Positions 50,456 through 60,087 of a stretch of DNA of 64,000 nt are shown piece after piece. The DNA lies in the NCBI GenBank assembly GCA_039809385.1, contig JBDHUY010000006.1, forward strand, positions 1 through 64,000, written 5' to 3'. The notes under the pieces were generated by a model. It saw only the letters and a list, made by a program, of their open reading frames with translations, did no database searches and was not told the DNA's origin. Source of the DNA: Candidatus Altimarinota bacterium (GTDB taxonomy: Bacteria > Patescibacteriota > Gracilibacteria > JBDHUY01). The stretch's first letter is position 1, and each line of letters opens with the position of its first letter. The position numbers and the translations under genes are program-made.

Positions 50456-50488
50456 AAAAGAGCTGGTATACCTGTACCAGCTCTTTTT
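50456..50488 (+). terminator. Intrinsic terminator, possibly bidirectional
   Basis: AAAAGAGCTGGTA-loop-TACCAGCTCTTTTT. Confidence 0.85.
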
Positions 50489-50671
50489 CCATAAATGCGC
50501 TCGGCTTGAGCTTGTAAAATCTCATTTTTTTTGTATGCTAAAGTAAATATCAAAGCTTAAAAGTCACAGCTCAAAAAATTAATTACTTTCAGACTTTATT
50601 CCTCAGATCTAAGCATTTTTTACTAAGAACTTTTGACTTTAAGTACCTTATAAACTTTATAAAATCCTCCT

Positions 50672-51427
50672 ATGTCCGGACACAGCAAATGGGCCACCAC
50701 CAAACACCACAAAGCCATCGTCGACGCGAAACGCGGCAAATCGTTTAGCCGTCATTCCAAAAACATCATCGTCGCCGCGCGCTTGGGCGGCGGCGACCCG
50801 GCCATGAACAACGCGCTCGCCCTCGCTATCGAACGTGCTAAAGCCGACAACATGCCAAACGCCAATATCGACCGCGCCATCAAAAGCGGAACCGGCGAAC
50901 TGAAAGACGGGGCCGAAATCAGCGAAGTCATGTACGAAGGCTACGGTCCGGGCGGCGTAGCCGTGCTAATCCGAGTTTTGACCGACAACAAAAACCGGGC
51001 CGTCGCCAACGTCCGGCATACCCTGGAAAGCAGCGGCGGATCCCTCGGGACCAGCGGCACCGTCGCCTGGATGTTCAAACGCAAAGGCACTGTCACCATT
51101 CCCATAAACGGAAAAGATCGAGATTCGCTCACCCTCGAGTTGATCGATCTGGGTGCCGACGACGTCCAGGATCACGGAGATGCCTTACTCCTTATCACGG
51201 AAGCGACGAAACTTCCCCAACTGCAGGGGACGTTGAAAGAAAAGAAAATAGAATTTGCGAATCCTGCCGTGTCCTACATCGCCGACAATCTCGTTCCCGT
51301 AAACGACGAAGAAGTAGCCAGAAAGGTTCTTAAAATGATGGAAAAACTCGAAGAAGACGAAGACATCGACGAAGTATTCAGTAATTTCGATATGGAGGAG
51401 GGAGTGATGGAGAAAGTAATGGGGTAG
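50672..51427 (+). CDS. yebC: YebC/PmpR family protein
   Basis: MSGHSKW, YEGYGPGG, LTDNKNR. Confidence 0.96.
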   Translation: MSGHSKWATTKHHKAIVDAKRGKSFSRHSKNIIVAARLGGGDPAMNNALALAIERAKADNMPNANIDRAIKSGTGELKDGAEISEVMYEGYGPGGVAVLIRVLTDNKNRAVANVRHTLESSGGSLGTSGTVAWMFKRKGTVTIPINGKDRDSLTLELIDLGADDVQDHGDALLLITEATKLPQLQGTLKEKKIEFANPAVSYIADNLVPVNDEEVARKVLKMMEKLEEDEDIDEVFSNFDMEEGVMEKVMG

Positions 51428-51876
51428 CGGTCAGCGGCTAGCGATGAGCGGTTAGCAATACAAGGAACAGGATACGTAATTTTTTATGAGAAGTTATCAT
51501 GATAAAACTTCCTTTCACAAACCTCTCTATCTGGCAGAAAGGGATGCAATTGGCACATGATATTTATCAAATCGCTAAGAAGTTTCCCAAGGAAGAACTA
51601 TTTGGTATTACTTCACAAATGAGAAGATCATCATTATCGATCCCCAGTAATATTGCAGAAGGAAGTCAACGATCAACCGATAAAGACTTTGCCCATTTTA
51701 TTTCAATGGCAAGGGGATCATTAGCAGAACTTCAGACGCAAAGCATATTCTCGTATGAAGAGAACTATATTTCTGAATCTGAACACTACAGCATTCAGGA
51801 CAAGATTATCGAACTAAGCAAAATGCTACGTTCATTTTACAAAAAGCTAACCGCCGACCGCTAACCGCTGGTCGCT
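51426..51876 (+). mobile_element. Four-helix-bundle cassette bounded by 31-nt inverted heptamer arrays
   Basis: Left arm AGCGGTC AGCGGCT AGCGATG AGCGGTT AGC (51426-56); right arm GCTAACC GCCGACC GCTAACC GCTGGTC GCT (51846-76). Confidence 0.7.
51499..51864 (+). CDS. Four-helix-bundle protein (TIGR02436/23S rRNA IVS protein family)
   Basis: L.IWQK....A..IY....FPKEELFGITSQMRRS..SIPSNIAEG, F..MARGSL.EL.TQ. Confidence 0.93.
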   Translation: MIKLPFTNLSIWQKGMQLAHDIYQIAKKFPKEELFGITSQMRRSSLSIPSNIAEGSQRSTDKDFAHFISMARGSLAELQTQSIFSYEENYISESEHYSIQDKIIELSKMLRSFYKKLTADR

Positions 51877-51884
51877 TGTACCCT

Positions 51885-52580
51885 ATGGAAAGAAGGTTCT
51901 TCATTCTCAAAGCCATTGTCGAGAGTTTCATCGAATCGGCCGAACCGGTCGGTTCCAAATATTTGATGAAAAAATACGATATGGAAATCAGTCCGGCTAC
52001 CATACGGAATGACATGTCCGTGTTGGAGCACCTTGGACTAATCTACCAACCCTTTACCTCAGCTGGACGGATCCCCACCGATCTGGGGTTCCGTATGTTC
52101 GTCGACGAACTGATGGATGAGATCCCCCAGGTCCGGGAACTGAAACAGCAAGCCAGCGCGCAGATAAAAAGCCTGCGCCACGAAGAACGCGTCTACAATG
52201 CCGTGTCGCTTCTAGCCCGTACCTGCGACAATGTCAGCTTTGCCATGTTACCGGAGCAGCATCGCGCCTACTACCTCGGATTGGCTAATATCTTACGCAA
52301 ACCCGAATTCACTGAATCGGCCAAAGCCTATACTGTAGTCAAAATCCTCGAAGATGCCGACAATTTCATGGAGATCCTCAACAGTCTCTCTATCGACGAA
52401 AAAACCAAAGTATTTATCGGCCGGGAAAATGTCATTCCCGAAATAAAAAGCTGCAGTATCATCGCTACCCGCTACAGCATAAAAAACTATGGCTCGGGGA
52501 TCTTGGGCATCTTGGGCCCTATTCGTATGAACTACCCTTTCAATATTGGTGCGCTGGAGTATGTGAAGAAGGAGTTGTAA
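51885..52580 (+). CDS. hrcA: Heat-inducible transcription repressor (short form)
   Basis: AEPVGSK, SPATIRNDM, TSAGRIPT..G.R, GILGPIRMNY. Confidence 0.93.
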   Translation: MERRFFILKAIVESFIESAEPVGSKYLMKKYDMEISPATIRNDMSVLEHLGLIYQPFTSAGRIPTDLGFRMFVDELMDEIPQVRELKQQASAQIKSLRHEERVYNAVSLLARTCDNVSFAMLPEQHRAYYLGLANILRKPEFTESAKAYTVVKILEDADNFMEILNSLSIDEKTKVFIGRENVIPEIKSCSIIATRYSIKNYGSGILGILGPIRMNYPFNIGALEYVKKEL

Positions 52581-52592
52581 AAATAATATATT

Positions 52593-53336
52593 TCACCGCA
52601 AATCATGCTTTAGCGTATTCCACATAAAATGGAATATATTTTTAAAAGAGGTATAAGCCGCCTTGCTTTCTATAATCATGCCCACATACTCTTCTCCGAA
52701 TGAACAAATGGATACTTTGTTCGGATAGATTTGTATTTCCAGTTCAAGCTCAAACCATGGTTCATTTACCAACAATGTTTCCCGTAGATCATAGGAGTCG
52801 CGACTTTTATATACTTGCGCCTCTGGGCTTTTAGGCGCAATCACATACGCTTTTATATTTTTCTGCTTTCGTCGTGCGATATGATCCATCAAAAAATCGT
52901 ATAATCGATCATCAGGTTTATGGATCTTTACATAAGCAAAAAGGTCATAGTTTTCGACAAGTAAGGTCTCGTTATACACTTCTTTAATACCTTCTATCCC
53001 CTCAAAGAAGTATATTTTGGGATGAAAAGGTCTTTTATTATAGATACCCATCAAGTATGGTACGTAATCGCTAAGACGTCTAAGACTTTTTTTAAAATCG
53101 ATTAATAACAAATTGGGATCAAGAGGATGGTAGAGCTTTTGATTCTCGTAAAAGACTTCAGAAATCCATCCATGTTCCTTCATAAGCTCGATGATATCTA
53201 GAAGCTTAGCGGTCGATATCCTAACTTTCTTGGAAAGAACAGGCAAGGAAATCGCTCCCATCTCTAATAAAGAAATATAAATTCGTGCCTGATCTTTGGT
53301 CATTCCAACCGATTCAAGAATGGTAGAAGTATCCAT
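52593..53336 (-). CDS. TrmB-family transcriptional regulator
   Basis: GMTKDQARIYISLLEMG, PKIYFFEGIEG, IYPNKVSI..GMIIES. Confidence 0.85.
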   Translation of the reverse strand: MDTSTILESVGMTKDQARIYISLLEMGAISLPVLSKKVRISTAKLLDIIELMKEHGWISEVFYENQKLYHPLDPNLLLIDFKKSLRRLSDYVPYLMGIYNKRPFHPKIYFFEGIEGIKEVYNETLLVENYDLFAYVKIHKPDDRLYDFLMDHIARRKQKNIKAYVIAPKSPEAQVYKSRDSYDLRETLLVNEPWFELELEIQIYPNKVSICSFGEEYVGMIIESKAAYTSFKNIFHFMWNTLKHDLR

Positions 53337-53451
53337 AGAGATAAAGAAGAATAGGTCTAAATCTATAAATTTATATTTTTTTCATACTTTTACATGTAAG
53401 CTATAGTCAGCCTTCTCAGAATCTATATAAAAAGCCTTACTCTTACTATTT

Positions 53452-55101
53452 ATGAAGCCAAGAATTGAAATTAATAGCCAACGGATCAGGCAAGATTTTT
53501 CTGAAAAGTATTCGGATTTTTTTACTTACCAGGATACGGTCATTCGCACTCCTTTAACTATACCGATTTTATCAGTAAAACATAAGGGAATTATAGATAT
53601 TTCCTCGATCAGGTTGAAACTTCCGGTAGATATGTGGGTGGGTACCAGAATAGCTATTTCTCAGAAAACGGAAGTGGAAATAGAATATTTTAATCCTCTC
53701 AAAAACAGCTTTGATGTCTATAAAAATACAGACATTCGCGAAAAGATTTTATATGGATTACTCAAACTGCGCCAGTATTTTGATTTTAACGATCAAACAG
53801 GAATTTCTATAAAAGTACTGATGGAAAATGAGGTGGAATTAGATCATATTTTGCCAAGTATATGCCTCCTTATATGTCTTCTATTGGCTATTAACTTGGA
53901 AAAAGTTACTGTGCCTCCTCATCGAAGTATTTCTTTGACATCAGAGGAAAAGAAGCTTTTATTGAACCTATTACGTCAATTTGATAATAACGAACGATTC
54001 CTGCAAGAAGCATGGGGGTCCTTCTCTCCATCATTAGGCCTTGTATATGAAAGATCAGCACCACTAGCAGATACTATCGATCATATGATAGGTATGGAAA
54101 AGAGCTTTTCTCCTGCAACAAACGATCTTCCCTTTGATATTTACTACTTTTCCTACGGTGAGACTCAAAATAATACTAAAGATTCATCTTCTACAAGGAA
54201 AAAACTTACCACGTATATTGAACTGGGAAGAAAACATCTGGGAAGTTATAATTTACCCAAAAATACCACCGTGCGCTATACGGACTTAATAGAAGATATC
54301 GCCATTGCAGTATGGTTTCAAATAGGTATAAACTTGGAGAATCCATTGGACATCAAAGAAACTTTGTCTTTGATCCAAGACCTTAAGCTTTTCAACTTGC
54401 TACAGGAAGTCGAAGAAGGCATCAGTATTTCTACTTCGATCACGGAAACCATATCGCATTATCTCGGCAGCGATTTTTGTCTAGCTTCTTATCCTCAATC
54501 TAGATTTTGTATATTAATTACACCTCAAGGCTCGAAATATCGAGATCTTGTAGCAAAAGCTTTTGAAGATTTATATGAAAAAGATACTCTTTTCCATATA
54601 AACTATCTTTCGTTTCAGGATGGAATAGGAGATGGGGGAATAACATTGGAAAAAAATATATTTCAGGATTTATACTCGAAACATGAAGAGAATAAAAGTT
54701 TACTCATCAAGGATAGTTATGACCGTATTACGTATGCTCAAAGTCTGGATGAAGTTCTTAATAGAAATTATGATATCTTACTCAATCTCATCGAAAATAA
54801 AATATATATCCAGAGCAAAGGAATTACCTCCAAAGAGCTTCACAGTCAGCGGATGACGATTGATATCATAAAAACTCTCCTCTCACAAAAAGGACAGGAA
54901 ATAAGTAACCAAGATCTACCTGCTTCAGCTTATGCCGAAAGCAAAAACGAAATGACGGGAAAGATTATTATTCCTCTTAAAAAGATAGTGAAAGAAAAAA
55001 CTGGAAAAGATTTATTGCTATCATGTCATGGCTCTAACACACACTTCTTTCTGAAACTAGCCATAACAAATATAAGCATAGCACAAATGAGTAGAAGGTA
55101 A
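53452..55101 (+). CDS. Hypothetical protein, possibly degenerate GHMP-kinase-like N-terminus with C-terminal winged helix
   Basis: AT-rich 549-aa ORF; domain guesses rest on loose pattern resemblance only. Confidence 0.6.
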   Translation: MKPRIEINSQRIRQDFSEKYSDFFTYQDTVIRTPLTIPILSVKHKGIIDISSIRLKLPVDMWVGTRIAISQKTEVEIEYFNPLKNSFDVYKNTDIREKILYGLLKLRQYFDFNDQTGISIKVLMENEVELDHILPSICLLICLLLAINLEKVTVPPHRSISLTSEEKKLLLNLLRQFDNNERFLQEAWGSFSPSLGLVYERSAPLADTIDHMIGMEKSFSPATNDLPFDIYYFSYGETQNNTKDSSSTRKKLTTYIELGRKHLGSYNLPKNTTVRYTDLIEDIAIAVWFQIGINLENPLDIKETLSLIQDLKLFNLLQEVEEGISISTSITETISHYLGSDFCLASYPQSRFCILITPQGSKYRDLVAKAFEDLYEKDTLFHINYLSFQDGIGDGGITLEKNIFQDLYSKHEENKSLLIKDSYDRITYAQSLDEVLNRNYDILLNLIENKIYIQSKGITSKELHSQRMTIDIIKTLLSQKGQEISNQDLPASAYAESKNEMTGKIIIPLKKIVKEKTGKDLLLSCHGSNTHFFLKLAITNISIAQMSRR

Positions 55102-55213
55102 AAAATAGAAGGTCTTTATACTTAAAATACCTGCGAATTTATAAATTTCTTATAAAAAAATCTTTGCAAGACTATTCTTTTGTTCTATCCTAACAACTGA
55201 ACTTACGTGCTGT

Positions 55214-56095
55214 ATGGAGAAATTACAAACGATCAGTACATCTTTTGAAAAACTGAAAAGCCTTATTTCTCGAAAAGATAAGGAGTTTTTTGAAAAGGCA
55301 CATTTATTTGCCGCAAAAGCCCACGAAGGCCAAAAGAGAATTACCGGAGAACCGTATATAATCCATCCGCTGGAAGTAGCTTTTTTGGTACATAAGAAAT
55401 TTGGTGATATAGAGATGACTGCCGCGGCTTTATTACACGATGTAGTTGAAGACTGCAATGTTGAGGTAGAAAAGATATACACCAATTTTGGCAATACTGT
55501 AGGATTTCTGGTAGACGGACTTACAAAGACGAGAAAAAACTTTTACCAGAAAAAAAAACCTGTTTTTGAAGACAAGATTGAAAGATTGCTGTGGGCAGGT
55601 ATACAGGATGTACGGGTCTTATTGGTCAAAATAGCCGATCGAACAAATAACATTGAAACGCTTGAAAAACTCAAGGACTCAAAGCAAGTTCGGATGGCAT
55701 TTGAAACGCAAGCCATTTATCAGCCGATGATTAAGATTTTGCACTGGCAGCTTAATATCTCGTTACAAGACACGACGAATACTTTCCACAAGTATCTCTC
55801 CGCAAAACATATTTCAGACGAGAAGCAATTTAAAGAATTGTTATATAAACAAACTTTCCAGAATTTTACGGGAAATATGTATGATTATGTGTACAATAAT
55901 TCAAGCAAGATTATATGGGAAATCAACGATTTTAAATGGTACCATCAACTATGCCAAGATAAAGAATTTGCAAGAAAGATCCAACCAATCTCTCTGTGGG
56001 CTACGAATACAAATTTCAAGGCCATATTCTACTTTAAACAAGGATTTATCATTGATAATATTGAATCGTCGATCAAACTCGTAAATTCACTCTGA
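55214..56095 (+). CDS. RelA/SpoT-type HD hydrolase with unknown C-terminal domain
   Basis: AHEGQKR..GEPYIIHP, LLHDVVED, VDGLTK, KIADRTNN; no synthetase motifs. Confidence 0.85.
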   Translation: MEKLQTISTSFEKLKSLISRKDKEFFEKAHLFAAKAHEGQKRITGEPYIIHPLEVAFLVHKKFGDIEMTAAALLHDVVEDCNVEVEKIYTNFGNTVGFLVDGLTKTRKNFYQKKKPVFEDKIERLLWAGIQDVRVLLVKIADRTNNIETLEKLKDSKQVRMAFETQAIYQPMIKILHWQLNISLQDTTNTFHKYLSAKHISDEKQFKELLYKQTFQNFTGNMYDYVYNNSSKIIWEINDFKWYHQLCQDKEFARKIQPISLWATNTNFKAIFYFKQGFIIDNIESSIKLVNSL

Positions 56096-56102
56096 CTTTT
56101 AT

Positions 56103-57065
56103 ATGGGATTCCTCAAGACTCTAATATCGGATGCAAAACTGGAAATAGACCTCCTAGAGAACTTAAAAAGCAGAACGATAGAACAAAAACACTTATACAC
56201 TGGTAACGGAGCTAAGAGATTTTATGTAGTAGGATATAAGCCACGCAACTTTTTCAAAGCTCATTCAGATCCTCAAGATGAGTTCGTTTTTTTAGAACAA
56301 TCGTACCTTAGGTCTAACCAAAATTTTACGCTCATATCTTTAGGATGCGGCAATGGTCAAAGAGAAAGAAACATTTTAAAGGGCCTTTACGACAATAAGT
56401 ACCATTACACATATCTGGGAGTAGACGCCTCTCGCGACATGTTAAATCTCGCTGAGAAGCACTTACGAGATATTCCGGTCGAAAAGTTTTTTATCTGTTC
56501 TGACTTTACGGCACAGGATTTTATTCCTGAATTCAAAAATGTTATCAGTAAATATGATAGTAAGATATTTGCTTTATTGGGCTATACATTAGGGAATTTC
56601 AGAGCATCTTACATCATCAGTACACTCTACAATATCATTCAATCTCCCAATGATGCTCTATGGTTCGATATTATCTTACGGGAAGGAGTAGGGCATGAAA
56701 ATGATCTTATGAGCTTCGATCATTATAAAAGCAGATTATCCGACAATGATTGGAATAGATTTGTATTCTCACCCTTGGAAGCTCTCGGAGTAAAGTTCGA
56801 AAGTGGCGAAATGGCATGCGATATGATCTATGAAGAGGAAGCCGGAGTCATCAATTTCAGGTTCTCGTTTGTGTTCAAAACTAATACAGATATCGAAATA
56901 CGTGAACAGGTAATCAAGATTTTGGGCGGTGAAAAAGTAGAACTCTTAAACATACGTCTATATGATAAAAACACCCTTATAAATTTTTTTAAGAGTCACG
57001 GATTCGTTTGCAGTAATTTTCTAAGGAAAGGAAATTTAGGATATTTTATGCTGAAGAAAGCATAG
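56103..57065 (+). CDS. EgtD-like SAM-dependent methyltransferase
   Basis: IEQKHLY..G...F, ISLGCGNG, GVDAS..ML, DF, LGYTLGNF. Confidence 0.75.
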   Translation: MGFLKTLISDAKLEIDLLENLKSRTIEQKHLYTGNGAKRFYVVGYKPRNFFKAHSDPQDEFVFLEQSYLRSNQNFTLISLGCGNGQRERNILKGLYDNKYHYTYLGVDASRDMLNLAEKHLRDIPVEKFFICSDFTAQDFIPEFKNVISKYDSKIFALLGYTLGNFRASYIISTLYNIIQSPNDALWFDIILREGVGHENDLMSFDHYKSRLSDNDWNRFVFSPLEALGVKFESGEMACDMIYEEEAGVINFRFSFVFKTNTDIEIREQVIKILGGEKVELLNIRLYDKNTLINFFKSHGFVCSNFLRKGNLGYFMLKKA

Positions 57066-57113
57066 AAATCAGAACATATATACCGTAACAAGCTTATATA
57101 CCCAAAGCCGATC

Positions 57114-59228
57114 CTATTTCTCCACCTCCACCTTCTTTACGCTTTTATTCTCACTGAACTTCTTTTTCAAATCTTCGAAACGGGCAAAGATTTTTTCGGA
57201 GACTTGGCAGACGATGAAACACTCTCCGCCCTCCGGACTTTTTTCTAACGTCATGTCCTCGAGTTCCACATCGATCGTATCGAGGCAGGCAAGCAATTCG
57301 CGCAGAATTTTGTTGGAATCAGACAAAATAACCTGTAAACGCAATGTGACCGCCGGTTTTTTCCAGGCCGCAGGTAAAATGCGACTCTGATCGAGCCCCT
57401 GTAAAATGCGACAATCGGGCCGATGGATCGACATACTCTTCCCCCTGGTTACATAGCCGACAATTGCTTGAGGTTCTCTCGGAGCACAACACGCCGCCAG
57501 ATGAAAATGCGCCCACGGTTCGCCAGCCACCAGTAAAGTTTTCCGGACGGTCATAAATCCTTTGGAGGCAGCAGCACTCGGGCGCACTTTTTTTCCTACG
57601 CCAAACAGCTTTTTGACCACCGAAGAAACTGTAATCGAACCGTTTCCGATCCGTTCCAGCAAATCGGTACGATCCGTCAAAGACAGATCCCGGTCGTCAT
57701 AGTGACGCAGGAGACTGAAATCGGCGTCGAGCACGGGACGTCCGAGAGCAATCAACTGTTCGTTCAACATCTGTTTCCCCTGGTATATCATCTCGTCCTG
57801 ATTCTGTAGAAAGAACCACGCTTTTATCTTGGATCGGGCCACATGAGTTTTGACGAAACTCAACCAATATTCGTTCGGTCCCAACGTATTCTTCGTCAGA
57901 ATTTCGACAATATCACCGTTTTGGAGCTGATAATCCAGCGGGACGATACCGTTATCGACCCGGGCTCCCTTGACCCGGTGTCCCAAATCGGTGTGAATGA
58001 CATATGCAAAATCAACTGGGGTACTACCTTTCGGCAACTCTTTTATATCTCCTTTAGGGGTAAGTACATAGATATACTCGTTCACCGATGAAGAGGAAGA
58101 AACTTGATGAAATTCATAAACACTTTCGCGTTGGGCCAGAGAAAATGCCGGAGAAAGGGCAGACAATTCGGATCCGTGTTCTTTATACAAGTGATGCGCG
58201 GCCACACCGTATTCGGCTTCCTGATGCATCACATGCGTCCGGATCTGAATTTCGGTCGGTTCGTGACGCAACTGGTGACCAATCCCGATCACGGTAGTAT
58301 GCAGGCTTTGATAATTATTCGGTTTTGGAACGGCGATATAATCTTTGAAACGTCCCGACAACGGAACGAACCGATTATGAATTACCCCAAGAGCGGCGTA
58401 ACAGTCGGACTTGTCGGGAACCAAAACGCGTAGCGCAAAGATATCGTACAATTCGTCAATCGAAGCACGGGCTTTCTGCTCCATTTTTTTAAAAATACTG
58501 TACGAGGATTTGATACGTCCGGAAACTTCGGCGCTGATCCCGCCATTAAGCAGAACCGTTTTAACCTGCGTGATGGCCGAATTTAGAAAAGTATCGCGCT
58601 CCAGACTTTTCACATCGAGCTGTTGCGTAATATCGGCATACTCATCCGGGTAAGCGATTTGGAAGCTGAATCGTTCCAGCTTATCTTTCATCGAATAGAT
58701 ACCCAAACGGGCAGCGATCGGCGCATACACATTCAGCGTCTCCAGGGCAATGCGGCGCCGCTCTTCCGGAACGGGATAATATTCGATCGTTTCCAGATTA
58801 TGAAGACGCTCGCTAAATTTGATCAGCGCAAGGCGGTGATCCTGAGCAATGGCCATAAACAACTTTCGCATGTTTTCAATATTTTCTTCTTTTCCCTGAT
58901 ATCGAATCTTCCGAATCGAGGTAAAACTGACAAGTAATCCGACAACCTCGGCATCAAATTCTTTCTGAACCTGATCGAGCGTCACAGAAGTATCTTCCAG
59001 CACATCGTGCAACAATGTAGCTTGAATCGTAGCGATATCGGGTTTCAAATCCATCAAGTGCAGAGCGGCATGGAGCGGGTGGGTTATATAATCGTCGCCG
59101 GAGTAACGTTTTTGGCCGAGGTGCGCCCGCCAGGCAAATTCAAAGGCATGACGAATCTTTTCTTCCGTTTCGGGTGTGGGCAGGTAAGAAGCCAGATCGA
59201 TAATACGCTGAAGCAGAGTAAGTGGCAT
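57114..59228 (-). CDS. relA: Long RelA/SpoT homolog
   Basis: HD domain, GRIKS, RFKDYIA, YQSLH, EIQIRT, TGS domain, CC motif and degenerate ACT domain. Confidence 0.95.
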   Translation of the reverse strand: MPLTLLQRIIDLASYLPTPETEEKIRHAFEFAWRAHLGQKRYSGDDYITHPLHAALHLMDLKPDIATIQATLLHDVLEDTSVTLDQVQKEFDAEVVGLLVSFTSIRKIRYQGKEENIENMRKLFMAIAQDHRLALIKFSERLHNLETIEYYPVPEERRRIALETLNVYAPIAARLGIYSMKDKLERFSFQIAYPDEYADITQQLDVKSLERDTFLNSAITQVKTVLLNGGISAEVSGRIKSSYSIFKKMEQKARASIDELYDIFALRVLVPDKSDCYAALGVIHNRFVPLSGRFKDYIAVPKPNNYQSLHTTVIGIGHQLRHEPTEIQIRTHVMHQEAEYGVAAHHLYKEHGSELSALSPAFSLAQRESVYEFHQVSSSSSVNEYIYVLTPKGDIKELPKGSTPVDFAYVIHTDLGHRVKGARVDNGIVPLDYQLQNGDIVEILTKNTLGPNEYWLSFVKTHVARSKIKAWFFLQNQDEMIYQGKQMLNEQLIALGRPVLDADFSLLRHYDDRDLSLTDRTDLLERIGNGSITVSSVVKKLFGVGKKVRPSAAASKGFMTVRKTLLVAGEPWAHFHLAACCAPREPQAIVGYVTRGKSMSIHRPDCRILQGLDQSRILPAAWKKPAVTLRLQVILSDSNKILRELLACLDTIDVELEDMTLEKSPEGGECFIVCQVSEKIFARFEDLKKKFSENKSVKKVEVEK

Positions 59229-59313
59229 AGGGACAGAACAAAAATTCCGGTGCAGACATATTCATTTTACTATACCATATATGAGCGAAACATAAAACTT
59301 TCCGACTTCCTGA

Positions 59314-60087
59314 TCAGCGCCGTTGTTCATATTCCTGGCGGGACAGGATCAATTTTATTTGAGGATCGGGAAGATCGACTACTTGCACACCTTTGATCAG
59401 CGCTTCGCGGTTGGCCCGCACAAAATCGAGCCTGGAAGTGAAGAGCTGTTGTGCCAAAGTATATTTGGCACGCAGCGTTTCCAAAACTCGTACTTGGCTG
59501 GAAAGCTCTCCTGTTTGTTGTTTGGCAGTTAGAAAACGGTTGAAAGCTTCTTCCGCGTCCAGAGGTTTTTTCTGGTCGATGGTCGTAAAAACCCGAGTTT
59601 CCAGCTCGTTCTGCCGGGTCTGAGCCTGGTCTAACACAGAAGAGAGAGAGGCAATCTGTTTTTCGAGAATATCGCCGCGGTCGCGGGCGGTAGTTTGTTG
59701 ATGTACCAACTCCTCCTGATACACAGTCAGCGTATCCGCGCGGGAAGCAGAAGAATTCAATACATCCGGTACGTTAAGTTCCAGTAAAGAAGCCATTTGG
59801 GAAATACGTTCCACATCATCGAACAGGAAGCGGGTCGTGGCAACGTTGACCTCTTCTCCGGTCAAGAATCCGGCCGAAATACCCCGGTAAAATCCTCGTA
59901 CCTCCTGAAGATTGCTCTGAAGCCGATCTTCTCCGTTACCGATACTCATCGTTCCGCGAATACCAGTCCGATAACCGGAGGTATCGGCAACAGTGACGGC
60001 ATTTCCTTCGAATGCGCGAGAAAGTCCAAATGACAGGAATTGGAGCAGAATAAAGAGCAAAGCGGCACCGAAAAAGTATTTTTTCAT
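59314..60087 (-). CDS. Secreted coiled-coil hypothetical protein
   Basis: Signal peptide; helical; ends NREALIKGVQVV. Confidence 0.75.
   Translation of the reverse strand: MKKYFFGAALLFILLQFLSFGLSRAFEGNAVTVADTSGYRTGIRGTMSIGNGEDRLQSNLQEVRGFYRGISAGFLTGEEVNVATTRFLFDDVERISQMASLLELNVPDVLNSSASRADTLTVYQEELVHQQTTARDRGDILEKQIASLSSVLDQAQTRQNELETRVFTTIDQKKPLDAEEAFNRFLTAKQQTGELSSQVRVLETLRAKYTLAQQLFTSRLDFVRANREALIKGVQVVDLPDPQIKLILSRQEYEQRR

Noticed and set aside
15830-51876. Heptamer arrays or palindromes as CRISPR arrays
   Set aside because: No regular repeat-spacer structure and no cas genes.
51430-51885. CIRCE operator near hrcA
   Set aside because: No TTAGCACTC-N9-GAGTGCTAA seen; the TTAGC here belongs to the heptamer array.
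56103-57065. Ergothioneine biosynthesis operon
   Set aside because: No egtB, egtC or egtE in the window, and the methyltransferase is divergent.
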